Positions 23,871-30,215 of a DNA stretch of 30,215 nucleotides are shown here, one piece after another (position 1 is the first letter of the stretch; every line of letters begins with the position of its first letter). The notes under the pieces were generated by a model. That model was not told the DNA's origin. It saw only the letters and a program-made list of their open reading frames with translations, and did not search any database. The translations under genes and the position numbers were made by a program. The stretch comes from a virus. Lineage: Duplodnaviria; Heunggongvirae; Uroviricota; Caudoviricetes. The DNA is taken from the IMG/VR virus record IMGVR_UViG_3300007072_000340, positions 1 to 30,215 of that record; one strand, 5' to 3'.

Positions 23871-26365
23871 TTCAACATCTCCGGCGGGCGTATCTTGACT
23901 TGTTTGGCTCCCGCCTTCTTTTCCGCCCAGGAGGACATCTCTTCATTCCAATCCATTGCGATGAGCGGCACTTTGGGACGGAAGAACTCAACAGCTTCAG
24001 TTACAACGGCCGTCACCGGCTTCACGTAATTCGGCCGCGTGACGCACATCAGTTCGTCATGGATGTTCAGGATTGCCACCCGCCACTCGTGGACGCCGAC
24101 CGGCTGCAAGTCCCAAATCCTCCGCTGGACGTGCTTGGTGATTTCAGCCCCCGGCGACTGGATTTCATGGTTCGCCGCTGCGCGCATGTTGGCTGCCTGC
24201 ATCGAAAAGGCCGCGCCGTAGAGGGCCGACGAGACGGCACCTCCGGCCGTCTGCACGCGGTCGCGGCGGACGACCTTGACCTTGCAGTCCTTCCAGTGCT
24301 TGGGCGTGTTGTGGGCCAGGTCGAAGATCGCGCGGGCGATGCGGTTCTCCAAGGTGAAGTAGCGCCGGAAGCCCAGCATCGTCTCGGCGAAGTCGGCTGG
24401 GTCTCTCCAGACCACCTTCGTGCCGATGCCGCCCGGTTGCGTCATGGAACAGAACGAGTCGGCGACCCGCTTTCGCCACTTCTTGACCCCCACGAAGCGG
24501 CTGCCGAAGTTCTCGATGGCCGCCCTGGCGACCTCTTCGCTGATCCCCAGGCGGTTGACCAAAGTGCTATGGTCGCCGCCGTAGAGCATCGTGCCGAAGA
24601 AGCCTTGCTTTCCCTTCGTGTACATGTCGTTGGTCGTGCTGCCGTCGCTCGACTTCACCTCCTCGTAGGTCGTGCCGGGGAAGATGGCCATGCCGAAAAG
24701 CGCGTGAATCTTCCGGCCGGCGATTAGCTCAGCGCGAAGGGCCTCGTCGTTGCATACGGCATCCGCGATCGTCACCTCAAAAGAACTGAAGTCGCCGCCG
24801 CAGAGCAGATACCCCGGCCATGCCAGGGGGAACATCTGCCGGACCTCTTTGGTGTGCTTGATCCCTTGAGCGTTGAGGCCGTCGGCCCCAGCCATGCGGG
24901 ACGAGAGGGCACCGATCACCACGAACGAGGCGTGGAACTTGCCGGCCAGGAGCAGCTTCTCGTATAGCTCGATTTCCTTGGCCGCAAACTTGACGGCGAG
25001 GATTTCCTTGGCGCGAACTCCGGCCGGATGGTGGCCAACCTTCAGGAAGCCCGTACCGCCGCAGCGGGCGCACTGCGGGTCGCCGCCCAGGCACGCGCCG
25101 CACGGCTCCGGCTCGCCGACGTAGCACACCCCGCTGCACTGCGGGCAGAGGTTTCCAGGCTTTTCCAGAAACCCCTTGCCCTTGCAGGCCGGGCACATCT
25201 CGCCGATGCCCCACTTGCTGATCGCTTCGAGATTGGCCTTCTTCGTGGATTCTTCGAGGATCACCTTCTCGGTGTCATCCATCGCCGCCGTGATGTAGGC
25301 CCGCACCTCGCTCGGCTTGTTGATGTTGACCGGGCTGGCCGCCACAACGGCCTGGGCCTTCGCCATCAGGCCCTTGATCCCTTCGCGGTCGATCGTGAAC
25401 CCGTGCCAACGGACGGCGGCCACCATGCAGGTCAGGGTGGAGTCGTTGTCGCCCGGCTCTGGGCAGCCGAAATGCTTGTCCAGCGCCCGCGTATAAACAA
25501 TGTCGTCGGTGGCGTACTCACGGGCGTCTTGGCGGGTCGCCCAGTGGTCGATGAATTCCCGAATCACGCCGGGCCAGGCATACTTCGTGACCTTCTTGCC
25601 GCTGTCTCCATCCGCCTCAACCGCCCAGCCCCTTTCAGGACTCGACACGGCCAGGGCCGTGGGCGCATAGCCCAGCTCGTAGGGCCGCCATGCCGGGAGC
25701 GGCTCCACGTCTTTGTAGTGGTACTTGGGCTGGAGCTTCAGGGCGTGCTCGGCGAGAAACTTTAGCCCGCCGGCTGGGGAGAACTTCAAGACGACATCCT
25801 TGAAGTCGGTGTCCAGGTCGCCGAAGGAATCGTGGCGGTCGAAGACCTGCCACTTGGGCGCTTCCGGGTCTGCCGACTTGGCGAAGTAGATGTTGTCAAA
25901 CTGGACGCGGGCCTCCAGCTCGCGGGCCAGGGCATAGGCCAGCGCCGTGGGCACCCGCTTGATGCGGACATCCTCGCGGGCCATGAGCGACTGATAGGGG
26001 CCTTTGCGGCTGTGGAGCATCAGGTCCAGGACCGCTGCCGGCTTGACACATGGCCCATCCTGCCCCTGCGGCTCCAGTATGGCGATCTCGTCGATGTGCT
26101 CCTCGGGAATCCAGTCCGGGTTGCACAGGCGAAAAATGGTGTAAGTCTTGACGACATGGAACCAGTCAAAAGCCAGATTGAAGCCGACGACCCTGTGCCG
26201 ACATATCCACTCGACGAGCGCCAGCGTCTCGCGGATCGGCTGCCGCCAGACCTCGTAGAGCGTGATCGGGCCGTCCTCCACGGCATACTGCAACAGCACC
26301 ATCATGCCGTGCAACCCGCACGTTTCGGTATCGAGATAGACTTTCGGTGGCAACTTCTCAGGCAT
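23867..26365 (-). CDS. polA: Family A DNA polymerase with 3'-5' exonuclease domain
   Basis: LDTET, GFNLAFD, YATDD; motif A DFSSFE, motif B KQGFFGTMLYG, motif C IHDEL. Confidence 0.95.
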   Translation of the reverse strand: MPEKLPPKVYLDTETCGLHGMMVLLQYAVEDGPITLYEVWRQPIRETLALVEWICRHRVVGFNLAFDWFHVVKTYTIFRLCNPDWIPEEHIDEIAILEPQGQDGPCVKPAAVLDLMLHSRKGPYQSLMAREDVRIKRVPTALAYALARELEARVQFDNIYFAKSADPEAPKWQVFDRHDSFGDLDTDFKDVVLKFSPAGGLKFLAEHALKLQPKYHYKDVEPLPAWRPYELGYAPTALAVSSPERGWAVEADGDSGKKVTKYAWPGVIREFIDHWATRQDAREYATDDIVYTRALDKHFGCPEPGDNDSTLTCMVAAVRWHGFTIDREGIKGLMAKAQAVVAASPVNINKPSEVRAYITAAMDDTEKVILEESTKKANLEAISKWGIGEMCPACKGKGFLEKPGNLCPQCSGVCYVGEPEPCGACLGGDPQCARCGGTGFLKVGHHPAGVRAKEILAVKFAAKEIELYEKLLLAGKFHASFVVIGALSSRMAGADGLNAQGIKHTKEVRQMFPLAWPGYLLCGGDFSSFEVTIADAVCNDEALRAELIAGRKIHALFGMAIFPGTTYEEVKSSDGSTTNDMYTKGKQGFFGTMLYGGDHSTLVNRLGISEEVARAAIENFGSRFVGVKKWRKRVADSFCSMTQPGGIGTKVVWRDPADFAETMLGFRRYFTLENRIARAIFDLAHNTPKHWKDCKVKVVRRDRVQTAGGAVSSALYGAAFSMQAANMRAAANHEIQSPGAEITKHVQRRIWDLQPVGVHEWRVAILNIHDELMCVTRPNYVKPVTAVVTEAVEFFRPKVPLIAMDWNEEMSSWAEKKAGAKQVKIRPPEMLK

Positions 26366-26511
26366 GTCGCTCTTTCGACTTCGACGAGACTTCCGGCCCT
26401 TCGCACGAATCCCCGCCGGCCACGGCGGCTATCGTTGCCGGCCGGGCTTCACCAAACCCAGCCACCGGCGGCGCGATTTTGGGTCCAGCGCCAGGACGCG
26501 CGCAGGAAGTC

Positions 26512-26868
26512 TCAGAACACGTCATAGGACCACCGGCTGCCGTCGTCGCGTTCTCCCTTGACGCTGGCGGCCACCACCGGCTGGGTGCGATAGACGGCGT
26601 TGCGGAATCGGATTTCCAGGGCCAGGCCCTTGCCGATCCAGAAAGGGACCGGCGCGCCGGGATTCGGCCAGTGGACGCTATGGAGCAACTGGCCCACCGT
26701 CGCCGTCCGCAGAGTCGGGTCGCTGGAACTGATCCCCACGATGCCGTGGGCCGGATACATGACGCGAATCTCATAGAGATACGGTTCCGCCTCCAGGAGG
26801 ATCACGGTCTCCGGCTTCAGCTTCCGTATGTCGATCCCCGACTCAGCCGGGGCGGTTGGCACGAGCAT
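26512..26868 (-). CDS. Hypothetical protein
   Basis: GGAGG RBS, ATG at 26868, first gene after motif copy 5. Confidence 0.7.
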   Translation of the reverse strand: MLVPTAPAESGIDIRKLKPETVILLEAEPYLYEIRVMYPAHGIVGISSSDPTLRTATVGQLLHSVHWPNPGAPVPFWIGKGLALEIRFRNAVYRTQPVVAASVKGERDDGSRWSYDVF

Positions 26869-27706
26869 CGAATTCCTCCCTATCAGGGACAACGCAATCC
26901 CCGGCACTTCCCCGAGTTGCCGCTTCGATTTCTCTCAACAACTCCTCGTCGGCGACGTGGCCGGCACACCACGCCGCCACCCGAGGCGGCAGCCCACCGA
27001 TGCCGGCGGCCAACATCCGTTCGATCATGCCGTTGATCTCTTCGCGGCGGCGCACGCCACGGCGGCGTTTGTACGTTCGATTCAGGCCGGGCAGGAACTT
27101 CCCCCGGCCGCGTTGCCGCGCCGCGACGATCTCGTTGGCGGCTTTGATCTGTTCGTCCGGCCTCTCAAGCCCTGCCAGCATCTCTACGTTCGCTTGCGAC
27201 AGCAGGCCGGCAGCCGCTTTCTGCTGGATCGCCTCCGGCATCCGCAGCAGCCGGACCCGAATATGGACCCACTTCGTGGGCTGCTTCAGCTCGGCCGCCG
27301 CGTGCCGCACGCTCGCTCCTTCGGGATAGAGGTTTTGGATCGCGCGGGCTTCTTCCAGGATGTTCAGGCTCTTGCGTTGCAGGTTCTCCACGAAGTTCAA
27401 CATGCGGGCTTCGTGGTCGGTCAGGCCCTCGCAGATGTAAGCCGGGATCGCGGTCCATTTCAGAAAGGTGGTCACGGCCTTGAAGCGACGGTGCCCGACG
27501 ATCAGCCGGTACGCGAAGCCCTCGGCCTTGGTCCACGGTTGAACGGCCACCGGGCAGATCAGCCGCCCGGCTTCGGCAATGCTGTCGGCCAGTTCCTTGA
27601 CGGATTGCAGCGTGAACTCTCCCCGGCAGTTGAAAGCGGCGTCGTAATAGATGGCCGCGACCGGAATCGAGTACGCCTTGTACTGCTCCAATTCCGGCAG
27701 ACTCAT
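26843..27706 (-). CDS. ParB/Spo0J-like protein
   Basis: ELADSI, LIVGHRRFKA, ENLQRKSLNILEEA, HTH region. Confidence 0.9.
   Translation of the reverse strand: MSLPELEQYKAYSIPVAAIYYDAAFNCRGEFTLQSVKELADSIAEAGRLICPVAVQPWTKAEGFAYRLIVGHRRFKAVTTFLKWTAIPAYICEGLTDHEARMLNFVENLQRKSLNILEEARAIQNLYPEGASVRHAAAELKQPTKWVHIRVRLLRMPEAIQQKAAAGLLSQANVEMLAGLERPDEQIKAANEIVAARQRGRGKFLPGLNRTYKRRRGVRRREEINGMIERMLAAGIGGLPPRVAAWCAGHVADEELLREIEAATRGSAGDCVVPDREEFDARANRPG
26881..26917 (-). promoter_or_regulatory. Conserved bipartite promoter-like motif, copy 5
   Basis: + strand TATCAGGGACAACG-N15-CCCCGAGT, inside the 3' end of the ParB gene. Confidence 0.8.
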
Positions 27707-28557
27707 CTCAGCTTCACGTCAAAGGGGACCGGCCCCCAGTCAGACGGCCACTCCCACACGGAAGCCTTGCCGGTGTCGTCGATGCAGACGAAGGTGTCGC
27801 GCTGCCGTGCCCAGCAGCCGGTATTGAAGTGGTAATCCCCGATGCGGCCCGGCTCGTGGGTGTGTCCGTAGACCACCACGTCGGCCTTCTGATTCTGGCG
27901 ATACTGCTCGACGCCGTTGACCATTTCCTCTTGGCGGCCGTTCTGAAACGTCAGCTTCCGCCAGAGGGTCAAGGCCCCTTCCAGCGTGCCGACGAATTCG
28001 TCTTCCACGGCATGGCGATGGCGGTTGAACGGACCCTTGTTGCGGTCTTCCAGCATCCCGCTGATGATCGACGTGATTTCGCCGGTGCCCGGATTCAGGT
28101 CGCAGCAGTACGGGTCCGCCTCGTGACCGTGGAGATAGGCGATCTTCCGGCCGCCGATGATTTCCTCGAAGGGACGGCAGGCCGCCTGGAGGAAAGGATG
28201 ATCCGGCATCAAGGCCGTGCCGATGAGCGGTGACAAGGCATTGTCGTGATTGCCGACGATCCACGTCGCCCCCATGCCGCCCAGCCGGTCCAAGAGCGGA
28301 CGGTAGGCCATGATCGCCGCGCCCACGGGGACCTGCCACCAGTCGAACAAGTCGCCGAGAATGAACAGCCGGCCGTGGTTGTTCTCCACGAAATCCAGGA
28401 AGCGATGGAATCGCTCCTCTCGGCCCTCAAAGCAGAAGTTGTCGCGGGGGCCGCGGTCACACAGATGCAGGTCGCTTACGCAGTAGGTGGGCACGGGGTC
28501 GTCTCCACGGAAAGGTGCAACCAGATATGAGCCCGACGAGCAAACGAATTGCTCCAT
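27703..28557 (-). CDS. Calcineurin-like metallophosphoesterase (LpxH-like)
   Basis: SDLH, GDLFD, GNHD, HGH, GHTH. Confidence 0.9.
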   Translation of the reverse strand: MEQFVCSSGSYLVAPFRGDDPVPTYCVSDLHLCDRGPRDNFCFEGREERFHRFLDFVENNHGRLFILGDLFDWWQVPVGAAIMAYRPLLDRLGGMGATWIVGNHDNALSPLIGTALMPDHPFLQAACRPFEEIIGGRKIAYLHGHEADPYCCDLNPGTGEITSIISGMLEDRNKGPFNRHRHAVEDEFVGTLEGALTLWRKLTFQNGRQEEMVNGVEQYRQNQKADVVVYGHTHEPGRIGDYHFNTGCWARQRDTFVCIDDTGKASVWEWPSDWGPVPFDVKLR

Positions 28558-28558
28558 C

Positions 28559-28624
28559 TGGCAAGCTGTAGCGCCTGGGGTCGAACCAGGAACCAGCGGA
28601 TTGGCGCTCTGGCTGAGGGCTTGC
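28559..28624 (-). ncRNA. tRNA-like element or decayed tRNA with intact T arm
   Basis: CCTGG-TTCGACC-CCAGG; termini GCAAGC/GCTTGC followed by CA; no anticodon loop. Confidence 0.5.
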
Positions 28625-28828
28625 TCACGCCTGGTTCTCTCCCGCGTAGCGGTTCCAGATACGGTTCAGGGTTTCTTCGATGCCGTGCAGGGAATAGACC
28701 GCCGTGGAGCCGATGACGTACAGCCGGGTGTAGCACACTGCCGCGCAGTCGATCGCGGCCGGGCAGTGGTCCAAGACCCGCTCTTGCCCATCCACCGGGC
28801 CGTCGATGAAGAGCGCTCGGAATCTCAT
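28625..28828 (-). CDS. Hypothetical protein (67 aa)
   Basis: MRFRALFIDGPVDG...; ATGA-coupled. Confidence 0.65.
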   Translation of the reverse strand: MRFRALFIDGPVDGQERVLDHCPAAIDCAAVCYTRLYVIGSTAVYSLHGIEETLNRIWNRYAGENQA

Positions 28829-28971
28829 GCCTGCTCGTTGGTGAAGTCGAAGATCAAGGTGTCGTGCTTCCGCAGGTCCAGGTCTTCCTCGACAGTGACT
28901 CGGGCCACCATGCCGCCAGCAGGTTTGCGGCCGAGCACGTAGTAGGTCTCGATCGCTTCGGCCGGCATCAT
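28825..28971 (-). CDS. Hypothetical protein (48 aa)
   Basis: GGAGG RBS; ATGA-coupled at both ends; absent from the ORF track. Confidence 0.6.
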   Translation of the reverse strand: MMPAEAIETYYVLGRKPAGGMVARVTVEEDLDLRKHDTLIFDFTNEQA

Positions 28972-29177
28972 GTCCTCCCTTGCAGACGCTCAACGATGCC
29001 GTCCGCGTCGAAATGCAGTTCGTCGCCCGTCGCCAGGACGATCTGCCCCGGTGGAAAGACGACGCGCGCTGTGCCGTCTTCGCCGCGCTGAATCACTCTG
29101 TCCGTGACTTCGATCTTCTCGATGCACTCGCCATCGCGCCAGTGTTCGATGGTCCAGCGACCAACTCTCTTGGGCAT
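28968..29177 (-). CDS. Hypothetical protein (69 aa)
   Basis: GAGGG RBS; coupled to the next gene. Confidence 0.65.
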   Translation of the reverse strand: MPKRVGRWTIEHWRDGECIEKIEVTDRVIQRGEDGTARVVFPPGQIVLATGDELHFDADGIVERLQGRT

Positions 29178-29192
29178 GGCACCCTCGCAGCT

Positions 29193-29366
29193 TTAGAGGT
29201 GCGCAGGCCGTCCCGTTCGGTATTGAATGGCAAGGGCCTGTTGGATGGCTTTCTTCTTGGCGGCCTCGCGGCTCGTCTTGTTGCCGGGCTTGTAGGTGTA
29301 CTTGGCCCCGGTTGAGCCGTACTGATAAGCCGGCTTCCCGTTCTTTGTGGTCCGATGTAGTGGCAT
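29193..29366 (-). CDS. Basic hypothetical protein (57 aa)
   Basis: GAGGGAG RBS; MPLHRTTKNGKPAYQYGSTGAKYTYKPG...; absent from the ORF track. Confidence 0.65.
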   Translation of the reverse strand: MPLHRTTKNGKPAYQYGSTGAKYTYKPGNKTSREAAKKKAIQQALAIQYRTGRPAHL

Positions 29367-29375
29367 ACTCCCTCG

Positions 29376-30215
29376 CTAGGTTCGGAGCGGCCCCACGTCG
29401 CGGCCACCATCTACCAGATAACGCTTGGGACCGAGCCTCTCGTTGTCGTGGCGCAGCTTGCAGTTCAGTCGCCAGGTGATGCCGTGTTTCGGGTTGACCC
29501 CGTGGAGCCATTGCGCCGGCTCCCGGTAGCCGGACAGCGAGTTGTATGCGAAGGCATCGGTGCCGATCCATGATCCATTGACCAGCAATTCACCGTCCAC
29601 GTCGGACAAGACGCTGGCGGCATGGTGGTGCCCGACACAGAAGTACCGGCACCGCTGGGCACCGGCCGCCGCACCCAGGGCGATCAGGCCCTTTTGGCGG
29701 CGGGTCATGGCATACCAAGGAATACCCAGGTTGCTCCGCACGTCATCGCCGTGGCTCACGTTGAAGCCGACACCGTTGATGTTGACGTTGGCCGACCACG
29801 CATCGGGAATCGTGAAGTGGACGTTCTCGATGTCTCGGCAATGCAGCCGGGCCGCCTCACCGCAGAGGTAATCCCAGTTGTCGTTTGCGCCGAGGTAGTC
29901 TTTCTTCGGAGTCCGCCGGCCGTGGTTGCCGGCCAGGTACAGAACGTTGACTTCCTCGAAGTGCGCGGCCAGGTCGCGGTACATCAGGGCGTGCAGTTGC
30001 CCGATGGCGAGGCAATTCTTGAACTGGTTGCGGTAGTAGGACCGCTCGCACGCCCTGTGAATTTCCCCGCTGGTGAAGTCGCCATAGGCGAGCACCCACA
30101 ACACCGGGAAGTAGAACTTTGGGGCCAGGGTGTCTTGCGTCCACTCGACTACCGTGTTGACGTACCGCTCGGCGCGAGCACAACTGATCGGGAAGGTGTA
30201 CTCTTCCAGGCCACC
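29376..30215 (-). CDS. Metallophosphoesterase-like protein, 5'-truncated by the window end
   Basis: GDFTSG, GNHGR, HGDD, GHHH; the frame stays open to 30215. Confidence 0.8.
   Translation of the reverse strand, partial: GGLEEYTFPISCARAERYVNTVVEWTQDTLAPKFYFPVLWVLAYGDFTSGEIHRACERSYYRNQFKNCLAIGQLHALMYRDLAAHFEEVNVLYLAGNHGRRTPKKDYLGANDNWDYLCGEAARLHCRDIENVHFTIPDAWSANVNINGVGFNVSHGDDVRSNLGIPWYAMTRRQKGLIALGAAAGAQRCRYFCVGHHHAASVLSDVDGELLVNGSWIGTDAFAYNSLSGYREPAQWLHGVNPKHGITWRLNCKLRHDNERLGPKRYLVDGGRDVGPLRT

Larger units (their letters stand above)
817..30215 (-). mobile_element. Phage/prophage replication and accessory gene region (boundaries not visible)
   Basis: About 60 co-oriented, overlapping short genes with a phage-type repertoire (PolA, ligases, HNH nucleases, orphan MTases, tRNA, Zn-finger micro-proteins); no integrase or structural genes in the window. 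Confidence 0.85.

Noticed and set aside
25045-25200. Intein in polA
   Set aside because: Too short; no terminal His-Asn or LAGLIDADG motifs
26358-26774. 138-aa alternative-frame ORF upstream of polA
   Set aside because: Overlaps the better-supported 26512-26868 gene; low-complexity composition
3039-26917. Repeated motif as a CRISPR array or transposon ends
   Set aside because: Copies are kilobases apart and co-oriented with a variable core; no cas or transposase gene
724-30215. Many long + strand ORFs (e.g. 13889..15166, 19783..20958, 23645..24727, 26828..27835)
   Set aside because: Antisense shadows of GC3-rich - strand genes; no recognisable motifs

Overview
This 30.2 kb GC-rich window reads as the replication, nucleotide-metabolism and accessory region of a large phage or prophage. 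It contains about 60 tightly packed minus-strand genes, many joined by ATGA/GTGA overlaps. The only convincing plus-strand gene (61-723) is convergent and sits at the left end. No capsid, tail, terminase, integrase or helicase/primase genes are visible. Recognisable products are: family A DNA polymerase with a four-CxxC zinc-finger insert, ATP-dependent DNA ligase, Rnl2-type RNA ligase, ParB-like protein, two metallophosphoesterases, sigma70-family factor, HAD 5'-nucleotidase, DeoC, a nucleoside deoxyribosyltransferase-like hydrolase fused to an HNH nuclease, a radical-SAM-motif protein, five DNA methyltransferases, DEDDh, PD-(D/E)XK, VRR-NUC and HNH nucleases, two tandem excisionase-like HTH proteins, a tRNA-Glu and a decayed tRNA-like element. 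The strongest unannotated signal is a bipartite motif, ACTCGGG-N16-CGTTGT on the coding strand. It occurs five times with identical spacing, each time upstream of a gene block, and an element-encoded sigma factor lies in the same window. All family assignments come from motif recognition by eye, not database searches.
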